Positions 9,709-18,645 are shown, counted from the stretch's first letter. The stretch: DNA of 64,000 bases from Pseudomonadota bacterium (GCA_018242505.1 JAFEBU010000077.1:1953-65952); one strand, 5' to 3'. Made by a program: numbers and translations. Notes: a model not told the origin generated them from the sequence alone.

Positions 9709-10105
9709 TCTGACGGCCTTCAGGAGAAGCCCACGGACGAGAGCCGGCTCGGTGTCGCTCTGATCGCGGGCGTCCTGCCATCGCCTGCCGGGCGCCCTGC
9801 CCATCGCCTACGAGGGCTGGCGGACCGAAGCCGCCGCCGCCGGCGGCAAAGACTGCGGCGTCGACTCCAGAGCCAGCTCCTTGCCGTGCGTCTCGACGCT
9901 GATGGCGTCGCTGATCTGACGGCCTTCACGAGGAGCCCACGGACGAGAGCCGGCTCGGTGTCGCCCTGATCGCGGGCGTCCTGCCATCGCCTGCCGGGCG
10001 CCCTGCCCATCGCCTACAAGGGCTGGCGAACCGAAGCCGCCGCCGCTGGCGGCAAAGACTGCGGCGTCGACTCCAGAGCCAGCTCCTTGCCGTGCGTCTC
10101 GACGC
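9697..10105. repeat. Tandem duplication, 206-bp period, two ~203-bp copies (9697-9899 and 9903-10105)
   Basis: Manual alignment shows 6 substitutions and no indels. The unit carries the rne 3' end, the intergenic spacer and the MFS 3' end. Confidence 0.95.
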
Positions 10106-11447
10106 CGAGAAAGGTGAAGGCGAGACCAATTGCGAGCCCACACCCGCCCAGGAACAGGAATGCCGGCATCACCGCCTCGATCGTCGCCTTGGGCGAGATG
10201 AGGTTCGACGTGCCGGCGATCAATGCAAGGCAGAGCGGTCCCGCGATCTTGCCGATCCCGTTCGCTGCCTGCGCCAGGCCAACACCGCGCGCACTCAGTC
10301 GCACCGGAAAGATCTCGGCCGAATAAGGCGCAAGGTTGGAGAAGCCGCCGTCGAAGAACAGCGCGGCCGGGATCAGCAAAACGATGAATGCAGGATAACC
10401 CGCGATTGTGCGGTCGAAGAACAGTCCCGCGGCGCCAAGACTGATCGCAATGCCGTATCCCATGATCTCGCCGCAGCGCCGGCGCCCGAGCCACTGCGGC
10501 AGCAGCGAGAAGGCGGTGCGACCCACGATGCCGGTAAGGCTGATGACGACGAAAAGCTGCGCCACGTCCTTCGGCGAAACGCCCATCAGCAGCGCCACGA
10601 TCGTCGGTCCCCACAGGAAAACGCCGTAGTTCGCCGTGCTGGCGCCAAACCAGACGATAACGGTCAGCCAGAAGAGCCGCGGCTCAGCCAGAAGATCCGA
10701 GAAGCTCACGCTCGATGCCGCAGAACGATTCGCGGCACCCGAACCGGAGGGGCCGGGCAGGCTCGACGGCGAAACGCCGAGCGTGCGTCCGGCGATCGTG
10801 CGTGCCTCGTCGTGGCGGCCGCGCGTCACCAGCCAGCGTACCGATTCGGGCATGACGAGCGCGATCAGCACCGCCGGCAGCAGCGGGATGAAGCCCAGCA
10901 TCGCGAGGCCACGCCAACCGATCTCGTTCAGCATGATCGCAGACGTGAGCGACGCCGCGAGGATACCGAGCGACACCGGGATCACGATCGCGCTGGTGAG
11001 AACGGTGCGATAGCGAGTGGGCGTGTACTCGACGATCAACGGAACGGCGACCGAAGCGGCCGCGCCGACGCCGAAGCCGACGATGAAACGCAACATCGCG
11101 AACAAAATCCAAGCGTTGTCAGGGACAAAGGACACCGAACCCGATCCGAGGGCGCAGAGCGCGATCCCGGCCGCCAGCAGCATCTTGCGGCCAAAGCGAT
11201 CGGCGAGCGCGCCCCAGACAAGCGCCCCGACGATGGCGCCGACTCCCGCGCTCAGGAGCATCACCGAGGTCTGGCCGAAGGTCAGATGCCATTGCGGCGC
11301 CAGCACTGCGACCAGGAAGCCGACGATGTAGAAATCGAAATAGTCGAAGACGCTGGCCGTCACCGCCAGCGCCATGCTGACCCAATAACGCGGATTGAGC
11401 GGCGCCTTATCGTAGAGCGCGACGAGATCCTCCTGCGGTCCGGTCAT
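10014..11447 (-). CDS. MFS transporter (aromatic acid:H+ symporter/sugar porter-like)
   Basis: ~12 hydrophobic segments, FDYFDFY, GALADRFGRK and EIFPVRL motifs; RBS GGAGGA before ATG 11447. Confidence 0.92.
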   Translation of the reverse strand: MTGPQEDLVALYDKAPLNPRYWVSMALAVTASVFDYFDFYIVGFLVAVLAPQWHLTFGQTSVMLLSAGVGAIVGALVWGALADRFGRKMLLAAGIALCALGSGSVSFVPDNAWILFAMLRFIVGFGVGAAASVAVPLIVEYTPTRYRTVLTSAIVIPVSLGILAASLTSAIMLNEIGWRGLAMLGFIPLLPAVLIALVMPESVRWLVTRGRHDEARTIAGRTLGVSPSSLPGPSGSGAANRSAASSVSFSDLLAEPRLFWLTVIVWFGASTANYGVFLWGPTIVALLMGVSPKDVAQLFVVISLTGIVGRTAFSLLPQWLGRRRCGEIMGYGIAISLGAAGLFFDRTIAGYPAFIVLLIPAALFFDGGFSNLAPYSAEIFPVRLSARGVGLAQAANGIGKIAGPLCLALIAGTSNLISPKATIEAVMPAFLFLGGCGLAIGLAFTFLGVETHGKELALESTPQSLPPAAAASVRQPL

Positions 11448-12267
11448 GATTGTTTCCTCCGGTGGTTTTCGTTTCTTTTGCAGTTCTGTCTTCCAGGAAC
11501 GGCAGTACCGTTGCCGCAACGGCCGTCGGGTCCTGCAGCGTGGCGACGTGGCCGACCTCGGGAATCACGGCGGTCCTGGCGTTCGGGATCTCGTCGGCAA
11601 GGGCAAGCGAGTGCGCTGGCGGGATAAGCCGGTCCTCGGCACCAACGACGACGAGCGTGGGCGCCGTGATCGCGGCAAGGTCGACCCGAGCCGGCTGGGC
11701 AAGGATCGCGCCTCGCCGCTGTTTCTGCGCCTCGTTGCGGCTGTTGCCAGCGAAGATCCGTACGACTTCGGGATGAGCCGCGATATGGGCGGGCGGAAAG
11801 AAATACGTCGCAATCTCGCCAGCCGTACCGGGCAAACCGGTTCGCAAGGCGGCGAGCCTTGGAAAGACCTCGGGGTTGATCGAGAGCGGTGGCACGCCGA
11901 TGCGGAAGGTGCTCGACAGCACCAGACGATCGACACGTTGTGGATGACGGACCGCCAGCGACTGCGCAATCGCACCGCCGAGCGATGTGCCGAACACATG
12001 CGCACGCTCGTAGCCCATGGCCGCGATCAGGTGCGCCGCATCGTCTGCGAGTTCATTGAGACCATAGAGGTCGGCTGGATTACGGGTTCCACCCGAGTCG
12101 CGCTGATCGTAGGCGATGACGGTGAAGTGCTCCGCCAGCAGCGCACCAAAGGCATCGAACATCGAATGATCGGCCTCGGCGCCATGCATCAGGATCAGCG
12201 GCGGCCCGCTGCCGGTTTGCTTGAAGGCGATGGAAGTGCCGTTGGCGTCGACGGTTCGCTTGGCCAT
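11407..12267 (-). CDS. Alpha/beta hydrolase (enol-lactonase-like)
   Basis: C-terminal part of track ORF 11407..13704 from ATG 12267: LMHG, YDQRDSG, nucleophile GTSLGG, GAEDRLIP, VGH. Its tail overlaps the MFS start by 41 nt. Confidence 0.88.
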   Translation of the reverse strand: MAKRTVDANGTSIAFKQTGSGPPLILMHGAEADHSMFDAFGALLAEHFTVIAYDQRDSGGTRNPADLYGLNELADDAAHLIAAMGYERAHVFGTSLGGAIAQSLAVRHPQRVDRLVLSSTFRIGVPPLSINPEVFPRLAALRTGLPGTAGEIATYFFPPAHIAAHPEVVRIFAGNSRNEAQKQRRGAILAQPARVDLAAITAPTLVVVGAEDRLIPPAHSLALADEIPNARTAVIPEVGHVATLQDPTAVAATVLPFLEDRTAKETKTTGGNNHDRTAGGSRRALR

Positions 12268-12275
12268 CCGTGTTC

Positions 12276-13895
12276 TCAATGCAGCAGTGCGCCAACGGCG
12301 CCCGCCAGCTCGCGCGCCGGCTCGGTTGGCAGATAGGGCATGCGCCAGGCGACGTGGCCGTCGGGACGCACCAGCACAGCGCCGCGCATGCCCATCTGGA
12401 TGCCGTCGGCCGGATGGGCATTGGGCAGTTGCCTCAGGCTCATGGGCAGGCCGAGCTTCTGTGATACCTCGCGGCCGGCCTCGAGCCACGCATCGCCCAG
12501 CGGCCCTGCGACCACGGTGAACTCCTGGTCGAACCAGTCGAGCGTCGAATGCTTGCGTGCCATGTCGAGCCAGAGATGCGGGAAGCGTCCGCCCGGACGA
12601 TCGGTCGGTGTGTAGACTCGCGTGAGATGGCCGCCGCGCGGCGTGCCGTCGGGGATCACGGCGCCTTCCTCGTAGGAGAAGCCCAGTGCCTGGCCGATGC
12701 TGTGCAGATGGTTGTCGAGGTCGTTGACCCAGAAGCGGATATGATCCTCGTTGCCCGATCGGACCGCCTGGTCGATGCGCAGGAAGCGGGTGCGGTTGCC
12801 GAAGCTGAAATCGGCATTCGACTGCGCCACCGGACGACGTTCGACGTCGTAGCTGTCGAGCAACCGCTCCGATGCCCAACCGCGCAGCACATAGACAAGC
12901 TTCCAGGCGAGGTTGTGGGCGTCCTGCACACCTGAATTGAGGCCGAAACCGCCCGTCGGCGGAAAGCGATGGGCCGCGTCGCCGACCAGGAACACACGCT
13001 TGTGTCGGAAGGTCGCCGCCACCTGGCGGCTCATGCGCCAGATCGAACGGTTGAGCAGCGTCACCTCGAGATCGGGCACGCCGACATGGGCGCGGATGAT
13101 CTCGATCATCTCGGCATCGGTCCATGGCCGCGGCCGCTCGTCCTTCGCCTCGCCGATCTGGATGATGCTGAGCCAACGATCGCGGCCGTTGGTGTTGAGG
13201 ATGCCGGCGCGCGGCACGTCTCGCGTCTTTGGATAGACCTGATAGCCCGCCGCCTCGCGCGCGAGTGGAAAGCGCGAGAGGTCGCCGCGCCAATATTCGT
13301 TCAAGAGCACCGCGAGCGTCGCCGGCCCTACCATCTCGATGCCCGCCGCGCGGCGCGTCTGACTGCCCGCGCCGTCGCACGCCAGCAGGTACCGGGCATG
13401 CCAACGCTCGCTCTGTCCACTCTCGACCGAGCGGATCTCGCAGATCACGCCGTCCTCGACCTCTTCGAAGCCGACGAACTCGGTCGAGAAGAGCATCTGC
13501 ACCTGGTTCGAATGCTCGATGACCTTGTAGATCTCCTCCTCGACCGCATCCTGCGCCACCAGGCACTTCCAGGCCGGTGTCTGGCCGAGGTTGGGTTCCG
13601 GCCGGGAACGACCGATCTCGCGACCGGCGATGCTCTCGACCTGCACGAAGATATCGGAATTGTCCTGCAGCCCGCGGTCGCGGATCGCCTGCTCGATCCC
13701 CCATTGGCGGAAGATTTCCATGGTCCGCACCCAGCAGCCGCGCGACTTGGGATGGTCTGTCGTGGTCGGGCTCTTCTCGACGATCACGGCATCGATGCCG
13801 AACCGGTCGAGCAACAGCCCCATGGCCAGTCCCACCGGACCGCCGCCGACGATGAAGACGGACGTGCGGCGTGGTGCGTCCAGGGCATCGCCCAT
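12276..13895 (-). CDS. FAD-dependent monooxygenase (PheA/TfdB-like aromatic hydroxylase)
   Basis: GGGPVGL, LACDGAGS and GDAAHRFPPTGGFGLNSGVQDAHNL motifs; C-terminal thioredoxin-like LVRPDGHVAWR. Confidence 0.92.
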   Translation of the reverse strand: MGDALDAPRRTSVFIVGGGPVGLAMGLLLDRFGIDAVIVEKSPTTTDHPKSRGCWVRTMEIFRQWGIEQAIRDRGLQDNSDIFVQVESIAGREIGRSRPEPNLGQTPAWKCLVAQDAVEEEIYKVIEHSNQVQMLFSTEFVGFEEVEDGVICEIRSVESGQSERWHARYLLACDGAGSQTRRAAGIEMVGPATLAVLLNEYWRGDLSRFPLAREAAGYQVYPKTRDVPRAGILNTNGRDRWLSIIQIGEAKDERPRPWTDAEMIEIIRAHVGVPDLEVTLLNRSIWRMSRQVAATFRHKRVFLVGDAAHRFPPTGGFGLNSGVQDAHNLAWKLVYVLRGWASERLLDSYDVERRPVAQSNADFSFGNRTRFLRIDQAVRSGNEDHIRFWVNDLDNHLHSIGQALGFSYEEGAVIPDGTPRGGHLTRVYTPTDRPGGRFPHLWLDMARKHSTLDWFDQEFTVVAGPLGDAWLEAGREVSQKLGLPMSLRQLPNAHPADGIQMGMRGAVLVRPDGHVAWRMPYLPTEPARELAGAVGALLH

Positions 13896-13974
13896 GCTGG
13901 GTCTCCTCCTATTCGTTGACCGGAGGGTTGCTTGCCTCTCTTCATCTCACAAGAATATGTTTGATATGTATCTG

Positions 13975-13989
13975 ATCTCGAATTGAGAT
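13975..13989. promoter_or_regulatory. Putative LysR binding site ATCTC-N5-GAGAT (T-N11-A)
   Basis: Dyad between the divergent monooxygenase and LysR genes, 80 bp upstream of the monooxygenase start. Confidence 0.55.
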
Positions 13990-13996
13990 GGTGCCC

Positions 13997-14887
13997 ATGG
14001 ATCTGCGCCAGCTTCGCTATTTCGTAGCGGTCGCCGAACGCGGCGGTTTCGGTGCGGCGGCAAGCGCGCTCAACGTCGCGCAGTCGGCGCTCAGCCGTCA
14101 CATCAAGCTTTTGGAGCACGAACTGGGCGGCGCCCTTTTCGAGCGCGGCGCGCGCGGCGTTGTCCTGACCGAGCCGGGCAAGGTGCTATTGGCGCGCGGC
14201 CGCTGGCTGCTCGGCGCGGTCGAGGATATCCGGGCCGAGGTGAGCACCGAGAACCGCGAACCTGGCGGCACGGTGCGGCTCGGTGCCCCGTCGACCCTGG
14301 CGGATATCTTCTTTGCGCCGCTGGCGCGGCTGTTCGCCGAACGCTTTCCCCGCGTGCACCTCGAGCTGAGCGAAGGGCTGACCGAAGAGATGACCGATCG
14401 TCTGTTGCGCGCCGAACTCGATATCGCCATCGTCACGGTCCCGCAGCCCAACGACCATCTCGACTACTCGACCTTGGTGATCGAGCAGGTGTTCGTGATC
14501 GGGCCGGCCAACGATCCGCGACTGAAGCGCGGGACACTGACGCGCAAGGAATTCGATCGGCTGCCGGCGGCAATCCGGCCGCTGAGCCGCACGCCTTTCC
14601 CGCCCAGCGTCCCCTCCTCGCTTCGGGTCGAAAGCATGACCCCGCTGAAGCAGATGGTCGCCTTGGGGTTGGGCTATGGAATGCTCCCCTTCTCCGGCAT
14701 CCATCAGGAAGTAGCGGCAGGCACGTTGTCTGCGGCGCGCCTGCCCTGGCTCCAAGCCGATCGGGTGCTCGCCCTTCCTCGCGGCCGTCCCACCAGCCGT
14801 GCGACCCGTGAGACCGCGGCCGCCCTGATGGAAGTGTGCCGGCACCTCATCCAGGACGGGAAGATCCTGGTATCAAAAAACACATGA
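13997..14887 (+). CDS. LysR-family transcriptional regulator
   Basis: MDLRQLRYFVAVAE...AQSALSRHIKLLEHELG..LFER HTH; divergent from the monooxygenase. Confidence 0.95.
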   Translation: MDLRQLRYFVAVAERGGFGAAASALNVAQSALSRHIKLLEHELGGALFERGARGVVLTEPGKVLLARGRWLLGAVEDIRAEVSTENREPGGTVRLGAPSTLADIFFAPLARLFAERFPRVHLELSEGLTEEMTDRLLRAELDIAIVTVPQPNDHLDYSTLVIEQVFVIGPANDPRLKRGTLTRKEFDRLPAAIRPLSRTPFPPSVPSSLRVESMTPLKQMVALGLGYGMLPFSGIHQEVAAGTLSAARLPWLQADRVLALPRGRPTSRATRETAAALMEVCRHLIQDGKILVSKNT

Positions 14888-14969
14888 TAATCATGTTGAA
14901 ATTAAAATTCATTTATTTCTGCATATTTATATGATATTCTTCATGTAATACTTAAAATAGGATGCGCTC

Positions 14970-15212
14970 ATGGGAGTTGTCTCTTTCCTGAAATCCCGTT
15001 TGAGCCGACCGCCTGAACTATCGGCGGGCTGCGTTTTCGCCTTGGGTGGTGCACTGGAGCAGGATTTGTGGCGGGTCTGCCGGATCCAGCCCTATGTCGG
15101 CATCCCCCACGCCCGCATCGAGCAACTGGCAACCGGCCTTACCAAGACGATCGCAGTGTCGGCCCTGCTGGGGGATCGGACCTTCAAGGTCGTTCGCACG
15201 ACCGGCGCCTGA
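14970..15212 (+). CDS. Small hypothetical protein (80 aa)
   Basis: ATG after an AT-rich tract with AGGA upstream; globular-looking composition; no family recognised with certainty. Confidence 0.45.
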   Translation: MGVVSFLKSRLSRPPELSAGCVFALGGALEQDLWRVCRIQPYVGIPHARIEQLATGLTKTIAVSALLGDRTFKVVRTTGA

Positions 15213-15224
15213 AACGCCCCGATC

Positions 15225-15368
15225 GGCTGTTGAAAAGGATTTTGAGCCAGGTGGCCAGGCAATATCGCTTCAAGGACAGCGCCGAGATCGCTCGTTAGAC
15301 GCAAGATTGCACCGATCTCGATTCGGTTGCTGCACGCCCTGTCGTGGTTCCCGACTTTTTCAGCAGCC
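15225..15368. mobile_element. Possible MITE or IS-end relic (144 bp)
   Basis: Terminal inverted repeats GGCTGTTGAAAA and TTTTCAGCAGCC match at 11/12; internal dyad CGAGATCG/CGATCTCG; no transposase and no clear target-site duplication. Confidence 0.4.
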
Positions 15369-15416
15369 TGTTGAAGCTTCCATCTTCCACCGGCGGCTAG
15401 CATGAGTTGGCCCCCG

Positions 15417-15428
15417 CTGATATATCAG
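15417..15428. promoter_or_regulatory. Putative GntR operator CTGATATATCAG (copy 1)
   Basis: Perfect 12-bp palindrome just upstream of the gntR start, followed by TGACATATAAC. Confidence 0.75.
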
Positions 15429-15443
15429 TGACATATAACGCGG

Positions 15444-16163
15444 GTGTCACTGTTGGACCAACTCCGGACTGCAAGATCGAAGGTCGCCAAGCGTAGCGTA
15501 CGTCAGGCAGTTCCTCCTATCGACCCGCAGGAAAGCTCCCTCACCGAGCGCGCCTGGCGTGCCTTGGAAGAAGAGATTGTCACCCTGCGCATCGCACCGG
15601 GCAGCGTCGTGAGCGAAGCTGGCCTCAGTGCGCGACTCGGTCTTGGCCGCACACCGGTGCGCGAGGCGTTGCAGCGACTGGCCAACGAAGGCCTTGTCCA
15701 GATCCTGCCCCGCCGCGGCATCATCGTGACCGACATCGATATTGCAGCCCAGTTGCGGCTCCTCGAGGTCCGCCGCGAGATCGAGCGGCTGCTCGCCCGT
15801 TCTGCGGCGCAGCGCAGTTCGCGCGAGATGCGCGATCGCTTCGAAGCGATCGCCGACGAGATGGAGGTGGCGGCGAAGCGCGAGGACGACGTGGCGTTCA
15901 TGCGCCTCGACCGCGCCTTCAACCTGCTGCTGCTCGAGGCGGCGGCCAACGAGTTTGCGACAGCGGCGATGCGCGTGATGAACGGGCTCGCTCGCCGCTT
16001 CTGGTATGCGCACTACAAGCTGGTCGCCGACATGCCGCTCACGGCGCGGCTGCACGCCGCCGTCGCGCGCGCTGTCGCTTCAGGCGAACCCGGTGTGGCC
16101 GCGATCGCGTCGGACCGGCTGATCGACTACATCCAGGACTTCTCACGCAGATCGATCGGGTGA
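15444..16163 (+). CDS. GntR (FadR/FCD) family regulator
   Basis: LSARLGLGRTPVREALQRLANEGLV wHTH plus FCD-type C-terminal domain. Confidence 0.94.
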   Translation: MSLLDQLRTARSKVAKRSVRQAVPPIDPQESSLTERAWRALEEEIVTLRIAPGSVVSEAGLSARLGLGRTPVREALQRLANEGLVQILPRRGIIVTDIDIAAQLRLLEVRREIERLLARSAAQRSSREMRDRFEAIADEMEVAAKREDDVAFMRLDRAFNLLLLEAAANEFATAAMRVMNGLARRFWYAHYKLVADMPLTARLHAAVARAVASGEPGVAAIASDRLIDYIQDFSRRSIG

Positions 16164-16171
16164 GCAGCCCC

Positions 16172-17275
16172 ATGCAATTCCGCGCCGCCATCCTCCACGA
16201 ACCCCGCACGGCACTCACGATCGAGACGATCGAAGCCGTCGACCTGCAGCCCAGCGACGTGCTGGTCCGGGTCGCCTCCGCCGGCCTCTGCCATACCGAT
16301 CTCGAGGTGATCGAGGGACAGCTCGTCTATCCGATGCCGATCGTGCTCGGGCACGAGATCGCCGGCGTCATCGAGGCGGTCGGCAGCGCGGTCAGCCCCA
16401 GGCGGCGCGGTGAACGCGTCGTGCTTTCGTGGAACCCGTATTGCGGCCACTGCTTCCACTGCGAGCGCAATCAGCCGATCCTGTGCGAGACCTACATCGC
16501 GAACGGCCCGCAGGCGGTCCAGTTCGACGGCACGAGCCGTCTCAAGTTGAACGGCGCGCTGTTGCGCACCATGTTCTACATCGCGGGTTTCGCCGAATAT
16601 GCGATCGTCACCGACCCCTGCGCCATCGCCATTCCAACCGACATGCCGTTGGATCGTGCCTGCCTGATCGGCTGTGGCGTGATGACGGGCGTGGGCGCCG
16701 CGATCAACGTCGCGAGGCTCGGCTATGGCGAGACGGTCATGGTGATCGGCTGTGGCGCGGTCGGACTCTCGGCCGTGCAGGGTGCGCGCCTCGCCGGCGC
16801 CACCACCATCCTCGCTGTCGACCGCAACCACGAGCGGCTCGCGCTCGCGCAAAGGGTCGGCGCGACCCACGTGGCCGCGGTGCCCGATGAGGATGCGTTG
16901 GCCGTCGCCCGTCGCCTGACCGGCGGACGCGGGGTCGACTGCGTACTGGAGTCTGCCGGCAACGCCCCCGCCTTCCGCCTCTCCGCCGAGGCCTGTCGCG
17001 CCGGCGGCCGGATCGTGTGGCTGGGCAAGACCGGCGTGAACGAGGACGTCGCCTTCCGCTGGGGATCGCTGATGGGCGAGAAGCAGATCGTGCGCAGCAG
17101 CTACGGCGGTGCCCGGCCGGCGCGGGATTTCCCGCGCCTGGCAAGGGCTTACCTCGACGGTGCGCTGCAGCTCGATCCCTATGTGACCCGCCATCTCAAG
17201 CTCGAGGAGATCAATGCCGGGTTCGATGACCTCAGGGCCGGCCTCGGCATCCGCTCGGTGATCCAGTTCGGCTAA
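16172..17275 (+). CDS. Zn-dependent alcohol dehydrogenase (MDR family)
   Basis: CHTD, GHE, structural Zn CGHCFHC...C, LIGCGVMTG and GCGAVG motifs. Confidence 0.93.
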   Translation: MQFRAAILHEPRTALTIETIEAVDLQPSDVLVRVASAGLCHTDLEVIEGQLVYPMPIVLGHEIAGVIEAVGSAVSPRRRGERVVLSWNPYCGHCFHCERNQPILCETYIANGPQAVQFDGTSRLKLNGALLRTMFYIAGFAEYAIVTDPCAIAIPTDMPLDRACLIGCGVMTGVGAAINVARLGYGETVMVIGCGAVGLSAVQGARLAGATTILAVDRNHERLALAQRVGATHVAAVPDEDALAVARRLTGGRGVDCVLESAGNAPAFRLSAEACRAGGRIVWLGKTGVNEDVAFRWGSLMGEKQIVRSSYGGARPARDFPRLARAYLDGALQLDPYVTRHLKLEEINAGFDDLRAGLGIRSVIQFG

Positions 17276-17290
17276 CGATGGAAACGGCTT

Positions 17291-17321
17291 TTGACCTCAT
17301 GACATACAACTGATATATCAG
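17291..17321 (+). promoter_or_regulatory. Sigma70-like promoter overlapped by GntR operator copy 2 (CTGATATATCAG, 17310-17321)
   Basis: TTGACC at 17291, 17-bp spacer, TATATC inside the palindrome; the second motif TGACATACAAC is adjacent. Confidence 0.7.
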
Positions 17322-17344
17322 ACGCAAAGCCGGAGGAGACGACC

Positions 17345-18133
17345 ATGGAACTGGTTTCGAGCCCGATGTCCGAACGGCAGAGGCAATATCGCGCCAACTA
17401 CCGGCACCGCGTGTCCGGCTGGTACAACGGCTACCTCCACATCGCGATCATCTACATCATCGGCTTCACGGCGCTCTACATCTACCTCGCGAACCTCGAC
17501 CACGTGACGCCGCTGGAGTGGCTCACGGTGCCGCTCACCTTCCTGTTCTGCAATTTCTTCGAATGGTGGCTGCATCGCTACGTGATGCACCGGCCGTCGC
17601 AGAATCCGGTGTTCCGCGCCGTCTACAACCGCCACACGCTGATGCATCACCAGTTCTTCACCGACAGCGAGATGCGCTTCGCCAACCATCTCGATTACCG
17701 CGTGACCTTCTTCCCGCCCTACGCCCTCTCCACGTTCACGTTGATGTCCATTCCGGGCGCCATCGTATTGGGCCTGCTGTTCGGCACCAATGTCGGCTGG
17801 CTGTTCATTGCCACCACGACCTCGGTCTACCTGATCTACGAGTTCATGCATTTCTGCTGCCATGTCGACGAGAATGCGTTCGTGCGCTGGATGCCGTTCG
17901 TGAACACGCTGCGCCGGCATCACATCGCCCATCATGCGCAATCGATCATGATGGAGCGGAACATGAATCTCACCTTCCCCATCATGGACTGGGCGTTCGG
18001 CACGTCCGACCTCAATCGCGGCCTGCTGGGCACGCTGTTCAACGGCTACAACACCGCCTACGTGAAGACCGACATGCGCAAGACCGCGCGCACGCCGCGG
18101 CTCCGCCAGGCCGGGTTGCGGCCGGCGGAATAG
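17345..18133 (+). CDS. Sterol desaturase/fatty acid hydroxylase superfamily protein
   Basis: His boxes HRYVMH, HTLMHH, HFCCH and HHIAHH; TM segments; RBS GGAGGA. Confidence 0.9.
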   Translation: MELVSSPMSERQRQYRANYRHRVSGWYNGYLHIAIIYIIGFTALYIYLANLDHVTPLEWLTVPLTFLFCNFFEWWLHRYVMHRPSQNPVFRAVYNRHTLMHHQFFTDSEMRFANHLDYRVTFFPPYALSTFTLMSIPGAIVLGLLFGTNVGWLFIATTTSVYLIYEFMHFCCHVDENAFVRWMPFVNTLRRHHIAHHAQSIMMERNMNLTFPIMDWAFGTSDLNRGLLGTLFNGYNTAYVKTDMRKTARTPRLRQAGLRPAE

Positions 18134-18148
18134 CGCGGGAGAAAGGCC

Positions 18149-18352
18149 ATGCCCTTTCGGGTCAAATTCCCGCTCACCCTGATGGTCGCCCTCGCCGCGA
18201 TCGCCGGCTGGTTCTACATGGGCTATCTCGGCCAGACCGGCCCGCAATGGGCGGTCGCCTTTCTCGGGCCGTTCACGGTGATCTCGCTGTGGATATTCCC
18301 CGAGGTCACGCGTCATCCGTCCGACGTGAAGGCGCAGAAGAAAGCGCCATGA
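18149..18352 (+). CDS. Small two-TM hypothetical membrane protein (67 aa)
   Basis: Operon position, two hydrophobic helices, ATGA overlap with the next gene. Confidence 0.75.
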   Translation: MPFRVKFPLTLMVALAAIAGWFYMGYLGQTGPQWAVAFLGPFTVISLWIFPEVTRHPSDVKAQKKAP

Positions 18353-18645
18353 AGACCTATACCGGCGACCGCACGATCGACGGCATCCAGGTGCTGGTCG
18401 ATGGCCGGCCGCTCGATCCGCGCACCGACCTCAAGCCCCTGTCGAAGAACGGCTTCGAATGGAGCTACGAGGGTCCGGAGCCGGCACAGCTCGCCTTCGC
18501 CATCCTTGTCGATCACCTCGACGACCCACAACGCGCCGAGGCCCTGCACGAGGCCTTCATGCGCGAGATCGTGGCCAACTTCGACAATACCTGGGAACTC
18601 ACTTCCGCCGACATCGACGCCAACCTCCCGGCGCTCGCGCGATAA
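18349..18645 (+). CDS. DUF6166-like small protein (98 aa)
   Basis: C-terminal part of track ORF 17518..18645 from ATG 18349: MKTYTGDRTIDG...GFEWSYEGPEPAQLAFAIL. The FEW.Y.G..PAQLA.A.L signature is recognised from memory. Confidence 0.75.
   Translation: MKTYTGDRTIDGIQVLVDGRPLDPRTDLKPLSKNGFEWSYEGPEPAQLAFAILVDHLDDPQRAEALHEAFMREIVANFDNTWELTSADIDANLPALAR

Noticed and set aside
11407-11447. 41-nt overlap of the hydrolase tail with the MFS start as a regulatory feature
   Set aside because: Most simply a lost stop codon giving a non-conserved tail; nothing further supports a function.
12268-13704. 765-aa ORF 11407..13704 as a fusion protein
   Set aside because: The first 479 codons are an alternate frame overlapping the monooxygenase; only the part from ATG 12267 is a recognisable hydrolase.
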